DNA from: Vitrella brassicaformis CCMP3155
Lineage: Eukaryota > Protista > Chromerida
Reading direction: 5' to 3'
DNA: 64,000 nt
NCBI GenBank assembly: GCA_001179505.1
Contig: CDMY01000486.1
Location: 1 to 64,000, forward strand
A program made the position numbers and the translations under genes. Shown here one piece after another: positions 47,874-60,395 of the stretch (position 1 is the stretch's first letter; each line of letters starts with the position of its first letter). Below the pieces are notes generated by a model, which saw only the letters and a list, made by a program, of their open reading frames with translations, was not told the DNA's origin and ran no database searches.

Positions 47874-49409
47874 GCGACTGACTGACTCACTGACTCATTG
47901 ACTCACACACACAAGCCAAGACGGGTGCTGGTGTGGTGTGGTGTGGTGTGGTGTGGGGGGCGGGGGCGGGTGTGGGGTGTTGTGGTGTGCTGTGGCGTGT
48001 ACATCATGCCTCGATCGCAGATCAGATCCCTCCGTATGTCTGTATGTGTGTATGTTGTGTGTGGTGGGTGGCCCGCCTCCCGCACCAGGCAGGTTGGGCG
48101 AGGCGAGCACTTTCTGGCGTGCCTGATGGATGGATGGCCTTGATTCTGGCTATGTACCTACCTGCTATATATAGATCAGATCTATAATTAATATGAGAGA
48201 GGGGAGAGAGTGAAGGAGAGTGGGGCCTCAGACACGTGGGCGGGGCCGGGGCGGGGTGGCTGCTGTAGATACGTGTGCGTGTGGTGCTGTCGGTCGGTCG
48301 GGTGTGTGGTGTGATAGGTCGGTCGTGGGTCGCTGATGTGTGAATGAATGCTGTGTGCATCATCCATGACACGTGGCCCTGCCACTACCTCCCTGTGGCC
48401 ACTCCTCTCTCTCCCTCTCCCTCTCTCTCTCCTCCCTGTCTCTCTGTCTTGTCCTCCTTGTGTGTGTGCACATCCATCCATCCGTATGAGTATTTGTTGC
48501 TCTCTCTCTCGCTTCCCTTGCTGTCGTGTCGTCTCACTTACTGCGGCCGTCTGCTCGCCTCTGTGAGCGTCTCTCTCTATCCCGTCGGAGCGTGTCAATC
48601 CACTGACTGCCACTGGCGGATGGAAAGTACGTCTTGACTTCTTGACTTCTGACTTAGTGGCTTACTGACCGACTCCCTCACATGGCAGTCAGAGATGTTA
48701 GCTTGGAAGGCTGGCAAGAGCAGAAAGGCTTCGGCTGCATTATCCTGAGCGTGTGTTGGCCCTGCTATTGCTGACTGATGCGTTTCGTCGCGTCTCTGCA
48801 CCTGGGCGGCAGGGGTCTCAGTTGCTGCAGCAGGCTCACTCTGCTGCTGTCGGCAACTAGGATCCCTGCCGTGAAGGTGCGCAGACGCGCCGGATGCATT
48901 GTTGAATCTGACGGTGGGCGGGCAACAGAGATGAACACAAACAAAGAGAGGACCACGAAGGTGTCTGGTGTGTGGTGGATACTCCGACTTCCCATCTTGC
49001 TTCGCTGGTTTTGGTTCCCTCTGTCTGCATTGAGGAACCCTTGGCTGACGCTAGCGACAAGACTGGTCGGACTGTCTTGTCGCTCACGTGAGGCTGGGGC
49101 ACTGAATGCACAGAGGAATGGACACACGCCAGCAGCACGGGCATGGGGCATGGTTGCAGGTTAGGTTACTGGCTGGGTGCGCACAAACTGCATGCATACA
49201 GACGATATTTGATGCGTGTACCTGTGTGCCGATGGCCAGTGCTTATCCGTGGCGCTGTGGATTTAATGTAAAGGGTGCAGACCATCACAGCGTTTCGCGC
49301 ACACAGACGTGCAATGCGAGCTTCCAAGGCTCAGTTCTGGAGGTGGAGGAAGATCTGCGTAACAGTTCATCGATTCGGCCGCTTTCCTCGAGCTGCCGTC
49401 GTCGCCAGC

Positions 49410-50105
49410 ATGTCATCCGAGCCTGTAGAGCAGCCAGACTCCACCCAGCTGGGTCTGGTGTGTGAGGTCACCTCCAAAGCAGCAGTCGAACACGCCAAGT
49501 GGATAGAGAAGGGCGTACTCGGAGAGAACAAAGGATGTAAGCAAAGCAACCACACACGCAGACAGATCACACTCGCACAACACAGCGCCAGACTCATCGC
49601 TGCGTGGTGGATGCTGTGCGTGTCGGTGCAGGTTATAAGGATGACAAGACAGGCAAGGTGATGCACCTGCACGTCAAGGTCCACGGCTGCGACCTCTATA
49701 TGGCCGACAACTTCGATGACGGCGAGGAGAAGGGCCTCTCCGGCTGCACGATGCACCTCAACGTGGCCAATGCCGACGAGTGGTACAACCGCGCCATCGA
49801 GCACGGCGCTAAGGTCACATATGAGCTGCAGGTGACCGCAAGAAGATGCACACGAGGTGGCCTGATGTATGGATTCATATGTGTGTGGTCAGAACACTTT
49901 TTGGGGCGCGCGTTATGGTCGTGTGCTGGACCCTTTTGGCCTCACCTGGGCCTTCCACCAGGAGCTTCCCAAAGATCACCACGACGACAAAAGGCGCGAG
50001 GCTGACTGTCCCGTCGCCACTGCCACGGCTGAGGAGCATGTCGACAAGCGACGCAAGACACATGACGACACCACCGGCAGTGAGAAGGACGAGGCGCCGC
50101 AGTAG
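49410..50105 (+). CDS. VOC/glyoxalase-superfamily protein, PhnB-like; exons 49410-49536, 49632-49831, 49893-50105
   Basis: GKVMHLHVKVHGCDLYMAD, MHLNVANADEWYNRAIEHGAKV..ELQ|NTFWGARYGRVLDPFGLTWAF are PhnB-type motifs. Confidence 0.87.
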
Positions 50106-50555
50106 GGTGAGTGAGTGTGGGGTCCATCGGCGTTCCGGTTGATTGACAGAATGACTGTCATTTGATGTGCGTAGAGACCCTTTTGTTAAGTCGGTCCGGT
50201 GGTGGATGGAATGTGGTGTGGTGTGAGCTGAGCCTGCTGTGTGTGTTTTCTACCTGGGGAGTCTTCAGCAGCGTGATGCCCTGCAAGTCGGCCGGGTGAG
50301 TGTCAGTGCTTTGCGTTGCGCGTTTGGGCATATATATGCATTGGCTCAGACCTTTTTGATGAGCCGGTACGTGTTACAGATTTTTGAGACGAGCTTCTTT
50401 TTTTCTCAGGCAGTGGCACAGGCCAAACAAAGGGGCCGCGTGGTGTCACACACACACACACACACCACCAGAGCCATTGTGTACGCACGTCCAGACAGAC
50501 TGTCTGACAGACAGACGCTGAGCACCCCTCAAGGTGACGTGTGGTGTGTAGGGCT

Positions 50556-51227
50556 CTACAGAAGCCCCCTCGCTGCTGACACTATCCACCTGTACACTCA
50601 CAGCGCACGCACACATACACACACATACAGACAGGCAGACAGACAGACAGAGAGATGTGTTCCTCCATGTGTGTCCCTGCGGGTGTGCACGTACCAGGAA
50701 TCAACATTATCTCTTTCGATTTTGCATTTGCTCTTGAAGCATTTCTGTGGCGGATTGCAGTCTTTGTCACTCTTGCAGTCTGCGTCAGGGGCTGTGGTCG
50801 TTGTTTTCTTGGCCTCTGCACACACATACACAGGTGTGTGTGGCGTTTCCACATGTGCGCGGAGACATGAATGAGCAGTGCACTCCTCATCCATACACAC
50901 CTACGTTCGTCGTGCAGCTGCACAAATCGGGACGACACGATGGATTCCACCGATGTCCCTGAACGATTCAGCCAACGAGCCATGGTCAAGCACGCCTGAT
51001 GACATGTGGGGTGCAGTGCACTGCAGCAACTCATACACACCGCGGGATGCTCCCTGCTCCAAAGACACACGCGGCAGCGGGGCAGCAAGAGCTTCTGTGG
51101 CGACCTCAGGGGAAGCAGCCTGGCCGTGCTCGGACCTCAGGCGGTGGAGGTTTGGTGAGGTCGCCGCCGTCAGAGTGAAGAAGACTGTGACCGAGACGGC
51201 CAAATGGAATGTGGCCCGGGGAGACAT
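50556..51227 (-). CDS. Possible small secreted Cys-containing protein (4 exons, tentative model)
   Basis: Signal-peptide-like MSPRATFHLAVSVTVFFTLTAA; internal exon ADCKSDKDCNPPQKCFKSKCKI; the first intron needs a weak gtgtat donor. Confidence 0.4.
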
Positions 51228-52159
51228 TGAATGTTACACAGGCAATAAGCCTCCAGATGGAGGATTTTGCGCTCGGGATTCGACAAACAAGCGTCCTGCT
51301 TCAAGCGAAGGTTGGGGTTGGGGGGATGGGCTGGGGCCCGTGGGAGAGATGGGGGGCGGCGGCTAAGCAGCCATACTCATGTACGTACGACGTACGCGCA
51401 TGTCTCACAGGTTTCTCTCTCTCACAGCCAAACAAAGTGAGTCAATCACATCCGCACATTGTACGTACCGAAGCATGCACATCCATCCATCCATCCACAC
51501 ATCCGTACGTATCGATATCCCCCGCCTCATGCACTGCACTTATCCGTGGTTGGCTTACTCACTGCGAGCCGTGCTTCTCATGCCACTGGAAGGAATTAAC
51601 ACACACACACAAACGAGACACACCCGAACTATCGGTCTCATCACATCGCATGCACGTGCACTCCACTGCGTGCCAGGAGCACTTTCAAACAAAAACACCA
51701 CGCCAGTCTGCTCTTGTCTGCTCTGCGAGTGCATCGCGATCCACACCCACACACCGTCAGTTAGAGAACACCCGATTCAGCTATTTCTGATCGTTGAGGG
51801 CAAAAACCAACCCAGGCAGGCAACTAGGCAAGACAAACACACACACCCATACACACCCATGACGAATGGCTGGCTGACATCACACCAACCATACGCAATT
51901 CAGGCAGGCACGCAAATCCCGCCAATGCGTTGATCACCCCCCAAGGATTCTGGGCAAAAAGGCTCGTCAATCCACTAAGTTGACACATGCGGATGGCCCA
52001 CAACAACAAAGACACACAACACACAACACACAACACGTTCCCCGCACATACAGGGATCCATCGATGCATGAATTAATCGGGAAATCCCCGATTGACAAGG
52101 AAAGGGAAAAAACACGGCTGCATGACTAAGCCATAGCGGGCCTGTCTGACAGTGTCTGT

Positions 52160-53622
52160 CTAGCTGCTATTAAGGCTCCGGTTGGGCCTGATGCACGTCT
52201 CAGACTGGCAGAGGTTGTACTCGCAGACCGAACACCGATGGCGCTTGCTCGTGTACTTGTGGCACTCATTGCACTCTTTGCAGGCGTCCTTTGTTTAGAC
52301 AGACACATAGCCAATGTACCAGCATGACCTTTGTTTAGACAGACTGAGCGATCGTTTGGCCAGTGTACCTTCAGGACGAGATGGTGGCCTTCGGGGCAAG
52401 TGCGGACGAAGCCCTGGGCGGCCTCACACCGGGTGCAGACGCCCACAAAGAGGGTGTTGGGGCAAGTGACGCAGTGGTAGACGGGCTCGCCGGACGCCAC
52501 GACGGTACTGCAGCCGCCGCACATGGTGCCCGCGGCGGCCTTGGTTAGCACCAGGGTGCTATCACACTGCGCACACACCCACCCCATCGCGGTCTGCTGG
52601 TAGTGCTTGTACGTCTTGCCCAGCTTCCACCTCATTTCGCCGCCTGGCTTGCAGGGCGCGGCGACCGCCTTGCCGTCGAGCAAGTGCTGGTTGCACACGG
52701 CGCACATGTCGGAGCACATGATGACCATCTCGAGCATCACCGCCACACACCGGGCAAAGCCGATGGATTCCTTGCCAGCCGCCCACGCATCGAATTGCTC
52801 GTCCGTCAGCATATTGACATCTCGGACGAGGTGGTGGCGGCACAGACTGCCGTCCTCCAGATCGAATATGTCGAAGAGGTTCTTGGCTCTGCCAAACGCC
52901 AGGATCCACGCGGTCTGCAGGCCGGGCATTTCCAGCGGTGTTGCCTGTGTAGTGGTAGAGGCCGACCCTGCCGCTGCCGACCTCTCAGTCCACTCCACCA
53001 ACGTCTGAACCGTCACCTTGTCCCAATCTGATGGAGCCAGCCAGCCAGCCAGCCAGACAGACAGGCAGACAGGCAGACAGACAGACAGACAGGGAGGACA
53101 AGCCGTCCATGTGTGTCGACTGACGTGTGTCTGCCTTTCTCCCTCACCGGCGAATTGGAAGCCCTTTTCGATAACGCTTTCAAGGACCCATCTCGCAAAC
53201 GGCACCTCCTCTTGGTTTTGGAGCACCAATTGAGTCCCATAATGGACGGCATTGCCGCCGTGAGTGAGCAAGAAGTCGGTGACGGGGTTGAGGTCGCCGG
53301 CCAAGGCGTCCAGCCCACCGCCAGAGGCGTGCAGCATGGCAGCCTGGGCGCCCGTACTCGCTATCTGCGGCACCAGCCCGGGAGCCTCCTCTTCGACCGC
53401 TGCCGCTGCATTAGCCACGAAGTTCACCACTGGCTGAGGCGGGTCAATACCTGGGTCAATGTCTCCCAGAGCCGGCGCCATAAGAACCCGAACGACGTCG
53501 CTTGCTCTTGGAAGGTTGCCCGATGACACATCATTGACGATGTTGGCAGTGGAACGCAGAAGCTTGACGGCTACGTAGCCTTGCCACAGCCCTATGCCCA
53601 CGGCGATGAAGGGCTCTGCCAT
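52160..53622 (-). CDS. Cys/His-rich multi-zinc-finger protein (ZZ/C1-like modules); exons 53622-53148, 53027-52369, 52288-52160
   Basis: Repeated CxxC pairs: CAQC, CGGC...YHCVTC..VCTRC, TCPEGHHLVLK|DACKECNEC...RCSVCEYNLC. Confidence 0.72.
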
Positions 53623-53875
53623 CGTCTGGCGCGGGGGAAGCCGATAGCCGGCCGATAGGCAGGCGGAGGCGGGAGGAGGGAAAAGACAGGCTGGCCGTTA
53701 CGGGTCGTTTCTGCCGCGAGATGGGCGCCGTCGAGGGCAAACGAGAGATGCGATACATGGGCTTCGCGCCGCGCGAGTCTTGGGTTTCAGGGTTGTGGTA
53801 GGGTACCTCACTCATCCTTGATGTGATAGTGATTGCTTCGATTGATTGTCTCATTCTCGTGGTGAAGTCGGAGTG

Positions 53876-54250
53876 ATGCAGCCGGTTGGCGGTGGGTGGG
53901 TGGACTCTCAGCCGCAGCACGTGATGCACCCCCCTCCTCAATTCAACATGCCCCTCTTCGCCACCCACACGCACCACCCACAGGTCAACATGCCACAGCT
54001 GGCGGCGGCAGCAGCCACCATGGCGATGCAGATGCAGATGAGCCAGCAAGCCAGTCAACAGGCAATGATGGAGGACAGCCAGCTGCACATGGCGTCGCAG
54101 ACACTCTCACAGACACAGCCACAGCAGCTACCTCCACCCAAGACTGGCATGCGTAAGCACACAAGCAGGGAGACACACACAAAGTCACGGCAAGCAAGGA
54201 GGGAGGAATGGAAATGTGTCGTGTCTCTCTCTCTCTCTCTGTGTGTGTGT
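53876..54250 (+). CDS. Gln/Met-rich zinc-finger gene, copy A (5' fragment cut by gap)
   Basis: Near-identical to 61918 onward, including the first intron. Confidence 0.55.
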
Positions 54251-54550
54251 NNNNNNNNNNNNNNNNNNNNNNNNNNNNNNNNNNNNNNNNNNNNNNNNNN
54301 NNNNNNNNNNNNNNNNNNNNNNNNNNNNNNNNNNNNNNNNNNNNNNNNNNNNNNNNNNNNNNNNNNNNNNNNNNNNNNNNNNNNNNNNNNNNNNNNNNNN
54401 NNNNNNNNNNNNNNNNNNNNNNNNNNNNNNNNNNNNNNNNNNNNNNNNNNNNNNNNNNNNNNNNNNNNNNNNNNNNNNNNNNNNNNNNNNNNNNNNNNNN
54501 NNNNNNNNNNNNNNNNNNNNNNNNNNNNNNNNNNNNNNNNNNNNNNNNNN
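54251..54550. other. Assembly gap (300 N)
   Basis: N run after a TG repeat. Confidence 1.
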
Positions 54551-55755
54551 GCGCCGCCGTTTTTCCGTTTCCCTGTACAGTCAAGACAGACAGACAGACA
54601 GACGGGCGGTGTAGGCGGGCCCTCGCTACACACCCTGACTCCTTTTTGCGCTGCTGCCTTAATAACGGGTAGGTGGTGTGGGTGGGGTGTGGAGAGGGGA
54701 GGGTGGGTGGGTGTGAGGGTATATGTAAAGGGCCGGTCCACAACAATGAATGACACAGCAATTAAGGGTGCATTGTGGGCGTGCACCTGCCTGTAGAGAT
54801 GCATGCCTGCCTGCCTGCGGGCCTGCCTGTGCGTGCGTGTGTACGCGGGTGTAGGCCATATTAATGACGGACATCCTGGTCCTTTGTTACCATCCATTGA
54901 ATCAATCGCCTGTGGCATTTATCGATGATACAGAGATACAGCACGCACACAATTGTCGTCAGTCATACGTCATCCATATGACGTCATCTGTCCTCTGCGA
55001 TAGATAAACTGATAAACCCACACAAAGACAGATAGACAGACAGACACCCATCAGGCGAGGCAAGCGGAGCGGAGAAGGGGAGAGGGGAGCGATAGGCAGA
55101 GAGAGAGGGAGGGGGGCGTCATGCGTGAGGCGGGCAGCCTGGCAGGCAGGCAGGCAGGCAGGCACGCACCCACGCACACACAAAGGGGAGGAAAAATGGA
55201 GGGAGAGAGGAAGACAGCAGCGCAGAGTCACAAATAGAGTCGATCACCCAGGCAGGCAGACAGACAGACACCCAAGGCCCACAATGCCCCACCTCTCTCG
55301 CTGCAATCGTTGCCTTGCCTGCCTCTCCACATTCCACTCCACATTCCTTCGTCAAAACGCCTGATCTCATATATCTCCCATACATCAGATCATGTCATCT
55401 TGAAAACACAACGCGAAAAACTCTCGCCTTGCTTTTCTGCTTCTCGTCTCCCATCCACCCACCCATGGCCATCCATCTCATTTCGCCCACACGTCAGCGG
55501 GCCAGCATTGATCTCTCTCTCTTTCTCACGGGTAGGGCGAAAAAACTCATGACATAATATGCTTGTTTGATGCATCCATCGAGGCAGCAGGTAGGTCTAT
55601 ACAGACAGAGCGAGAGCGAATTACGTACTGACATGACACACAACCACCCAGATCTGATCTCTCTCCACTAAGAGAGCTAGCTTCGCAGAGAGACCCCCTC
55701 GTGAACCACACCAGCCACCCACCCCACCCACAGCCAAAAAGCACCGACTCTTCCC

Positions 55756-56055
55756 NNNNNNNNNNNNNNNNNNNNNNNNNNNNNNNNNNNNNNNNNNNNN
55801 NNNNNNNNNNNNNNNNNNNNNNNNNNNNNNNNNNNNNNNNNNNNNNNNNNNNNNNNNNNNNNNNNNNNNNNNNNNNNNNNNNNNNNNNNNNNNNNNNNNN
55901 NNNNNNNNNNNNNNNNNNNNNNNNNNNNNNNNNNNNNNNNNNNNNNNNNNNNNNNNNNNNNNNNNNNNNNNNNNNNNNNNNNNNNNNNNNNNNNNNNNNN
56001 NNNNNNNNNNNNNNNNNNNNNNNNNNNNNNNNNNNNNNNNNNNNNNNNNNNNNNN
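55756..56055. other. Assembly gap (300 N)
   Basis: N run. Confidence 1.
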
Positions 56056-56078
56056 GCCCCCCTTTCAAAACTCCATTC

Positions 56079-59000
56079 TCATTCGCTCGGCGGCGCCTCA
56101 GGAGGGTAGTTTCCCCCGGTGCTAGAGGGGTGGACAAACGTCAGCTTCTCAGGCGCGTTGTGGCCGTCCCTCGCCGGCACCGGCCGCCTGTCGCTTGATG
56201 AGGGCGGTGATGGCGCGAACGGTGGGGCCTGAATGACGATGGCCTCCTTGTGTGGGGAGCCCGCCCGGCCGAGTGGGAAGAGGATGCGCTGCTCGACGGC
56301 CCGCTCCAGCTCCCGCATCTCGTCTGTCACCTCGCTGTCGCGCTGGGTAGAAACCTGATGGGACAACGGAGAGAAAGAGTGCATGTCTGTCTGTGTGTCA
56401 GGGTGTTGGGTGTGGGAGTTGGGGTGGGGGGAAGGTGTGGCTGGCTGACCTGCTGTAGCAACCTGAGGCTGTTGCTGAGCCTGTCGTGTGACTCTTTCCT
56501 GGCGCTCTCCACCGCCTGGATGGCCACCTGCAGATTCTGCTCGCTCTTGCCTGTGGCCGACTTCATCTTGAGCAGCTGCGCCTTCAACGCCTCGGCAGCT
56601 GCCCGCCTGTCCGAGTCGATGTCCTGCAGCTGCTTCCTCAACCTCGCCCTCTCGGCCTCGGAAGACTCCCGGTACTCGTGCAGCTTCCGCGTGAGCGACT
56701 CTTCGCTTTGCCGCTTGGTCGCCTCAACCTGCGAGAGCTGCCGCCTCAGCTCGCCTTCCGCCTGGGCGTCCTTCCTGGCGATGGCCGCCTGGAGGGCCTG
56801 CTGGTGCTCGGCCTCCTTGGCCGCCAGCAGCCGCTTCGTCTCGGCGTCCTTCTGGGCGAGCTTGAGAGGCACCTCTTTCTGGGTGCTGTCCAGCCGCTGC
56901 TCGGCTGATGTCAGGGCCTTCTTCAGATCGGCTTCACGCGCGTCGGCCGATGCACGCATCTGTATACAGAGAGAGAGAGAGGTGGGTGGGGGCAAAGTGT
57001 GTGTGTGTGGGTGAGGTGAGGTGAGGTGACCCTTCGAAGTGCGGTGGCGAGTTCCTCTTCCCTCCGCGCCTTTTCGGCCTCGATAGCCTCCAGCTGACTC
57101 TGCACTTCCGCCTGCCGCCTTAAGGAGATCTCCTCGAGAGACCGCAGCTGCTCAGCCGCCTTCGCCTCAGTGGCCTTTTTCGACTCCTGACAACACAGGA
57201 AAACATGACAGGACAAGGCAGTGTGCGTGAGGCGTGATCAAAGCCACTTCGTCTGGCTGAATGGCCGTGCCTGTAGCTCTGAGAGGGCTTGGCGGAGGTT
57301 CTCCTCGTTGGCTTTCTTCATGGCTTTGAGTGAGGAGAGCTGGCTCTTGAGGTCGACCTCTGTCTGCTGGCTGTCATGCTGCAGAGACCCCAGCTGCTTC
57401 CTCAGCTCCGCCTCGCGCTTGCTGCTCGCCTGATGGATACCGACCACACACACATCAGATGTCTGGGTGTTGCGTTGGGTGCTGGTACCTCTTTGGTCTT
57501 GGCCACTGCCGATTCCAGCTCCGCTTTCGAGCTGACCCGCAGCGACCGCAGCGAGGCCGTCAACTGCTCAACTTCACGCTGCTTAGTGCCAACAGCCGCC
57601 TGCAGCTGCCGTTCAAATGCACTCTCCTTGGCTATGGCCTCCTCCTCAAGCTGACGCAGACTCTCTCTCAGCTGGGCCTCGTTCTGCCTCAGTGCGGCCG
57701 TCTCCTTCTCCAATGTGTCCCTGATGCTCTTCTCGCTGGCGGCCTTGGCCTCCCGCAGGTCCCTCAGTGCGGTTGACAGCTCCTCCACCTCACGACCCTT
57801 GGCAGTGACGAGGGTCTCCAGCTGTTGAAGCAGCTGGGTCTCGTGGGCTGCTGAGGCCTCCTGCAGCTGACGCATCTCTTCAGCACTCTTGGAGGCGATG
57901 CTCGTCTGGCTGCCCAGCTGGGCCTCCATCCGCTGAAGGGCATGGCGCAGCTGAGTCTCGCGCGCGTCGGCCTCGGCACGAACCTGACACGCCGCAGACA
58001 CAACGCACGAATGGATGGCATGGATGGATATGGTTCTTCGGTTCTTACCCGTGCGAGTGATGCGGTGAGTTCTCTCTCCCTGCGTGCCTTCTCGGCCTCG
58101 ACGGCCTCCAGCTGGCTCTGCACCTCCGCCTGCCGCCTCACACCGAGCTGCTCCATCGCACGCAGATTCTCAATGGCCTTCTCCTCTGTCACCTTCTTCG
58201 ACTCCTGAACACTCACACACACGTACACACATAGCACGTTGAGAAACGGCGGCAGGCGCATCTCTCGTATCGATCGGCTGCTAGTCACCTGTAGTTCTGA
58301 CAGGGCTTGTCTTAGGTTTGCCTCGCTGGCTGTCTTCATGGCCTTGAGCGACGAGAGCTGGCCCTTGAGGTCGACCTCTGTCTGCTGGCGGGCCTGCTTG
58401 AGAGACTCAAGCTGCTTCCTCAGCTCCGCCTCGCGCTTGCTGCTCGCCTGATGGACACGAGCACACACACATCAGATGTCTTCATCCATGTCCGTGTGTC
58501 TCCTTCCCTGGTACCTCTTTTGTTTTGGCCACGGCGGATTCCAGCTCCGCTTTCGAGCTGACCCGCAGCGACCGCAAAGAGGCCGACAACTCCTCAACCT
58601 CACGCTGCTTGACACCCACAGCCGCCTGCAACTGCTTCTCAATGGTGGCCTCTTTGATGGCCGCCTCTTCCTGCAGCTGCCTTATCTCCTCTGTGAGCTT
58701 GGTCTCAATTTCGTTCTTGGAGATCTCCAGAGCAGCCAGCTGAGAACGGAGATCGGCCTCGCGAGAGTCAGCCTGGGCTCGCACCTGAAAGGAGACAACC
58801 GGCAAACACGTGTGGGGCGGTCACATGAGGATGTGTGTGCGCTTGTCACCTGTCGGATTGCGGTTGTAAGCTCGTCCTCTCGTCGCGTCTTTTCCGCTTC
58901 CACTGCGGCCAGCTCGGCCTCGAGCTCTCTCTCGCGCGCGGCGGTCATGGCCTCCAGCTCCTCCAGACTGGTGCTCAGCCGCTCCAGCAGCGCCCGGTCC

Positions 59001-60395
59001 TTCTTGGACTTCTCGAGGGCCAGCAAAGACAACCGCAGGTTCTGCTGGACGGCGAAGCTCTGGCTGCTGGCCTCCTGGGTCTCGCGTAAGGTGTTGAGGA
59101 GCTCCTGTTCCTTGGCCTGCTTCTCGTCCTCGACGGCCGCGAGCTTCTCCTTCAGAATGGCGATCTCCTGCGCGCTCGCCTCCTGCACCTCCCGCAGGCT
59201 CTTTGTGAGCTGGTCCTCGTTGTTCTTCTTGTCGGTCTCGAGAGTCTGGAGGGCCTTGCGCAGGGTGGCTTCGCGGCTGCCGGCCTCGCTGCGCACCTGA
59301 CGAAGGGCTGTGGAGAGATCGTCCTCCCTCTTGCGCTGAACAGGGCAGACGCTCATATGGCCCATTGATGGGTGTTTCTTTGCATCGGTTTGTTGCTGTG
59401 TGTGGAATCACCTTTTCGGTCTCAAGGGTACTGAGTTGTTTTTTGAGGCTGTCCTCTGTCTGTGAGTAGTTGGTCTGGACCTCCTCCAGCTGCTGTATAA
59501 GCCGACCCTCGTTCTCAGCCTTCTCGCGATCCAACCTGCAGCCACACACACAGACGCCCACGTGCGCGTATGGCGGGATGGATGGAGGAGCCTTGACTGC
59601 CGCACCTCTGAAGCGTCTTCCTCAACATGGTTTCGCTGGCCTGTTTCTTCTCCCTGAGGTCCTTGATGGCCTTGCGCAGCTCCGCCTCCTTCTCGGCCTT
59701 GGTGGCCTCCATCTCCTGCACCTTCGCCCTCAAAGCCGTTTCGTTGTCCGTCTTGAAGTCGAACTCGTTGATGCGGTACTGCACAGGCAGCTGGGGGGAG
59801 GAGATGTGACGCTGTGGACCGGTGCCGTAAGCGTTTGCTTTGGGGGGTGCCTCGAAGAGCTTGTTGAGGAACGACAGCCAACCACCTCCCTCATGCTTGT
59901 CTGGCCTCGACTCGACGTGCTGTGAGTACTTTTTCCGACGCTTCGGCTGGATCACCTGTGTGCATCACCGACAAGCATCCATCCATCCATCGATACACAC
60001 ACGTACGAGCTCGAGTGCTGACTGCATGTAGCTGTCGGTTACCGTTGGGTTGGCAAAGACGCGGACGGGGGAGCCGTCATTGCGGCCAAACGACTTGAGA
60101 AAGGAGAAGGGCTTCGGCTGCAGGCAGACACAGACACATTTGATCGATGAACAGACGCACCAAGTGGTGATCTCGCTTGCTGCCAGCGTACCTTCTCCTC
60201 GGCATTCAGACGGGTCTTGAGCTGCCCTGTGTGCGGCAACACAGGCCTCTCGCGCGGCTGACTCCTATGCAGCTTTGCTGCCCTGATCTTCGAGTCAGCC
60301 GGGAGAGTGCTCTCGGGAACGAAGGCCGTCGCCTTGGTGTCGGTAAGAAACGCCAACACGACTGCGGATGCCACCATGAGTCCGCTCAGCAGCAT
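56079..60395 (-). CDS. Large multi-exon coiled-coil protein with N-terminal signal peptide and ATA-FVP motif (candidate plastid-targeted)
   Basis: MLLSGLMVASAVVLAFLTDTKATAFVPES; many in-frame exons of E/K/Q/L/A heptads; last exon VSTQRDSE...APPSE*. Confidence 0.78.

Noticed and set aside
48595-49164. ORFs 48765-49151(-) and 48778-49164(+)
   Set aside because: No domain signal or coding-like composition; cannot be supported.
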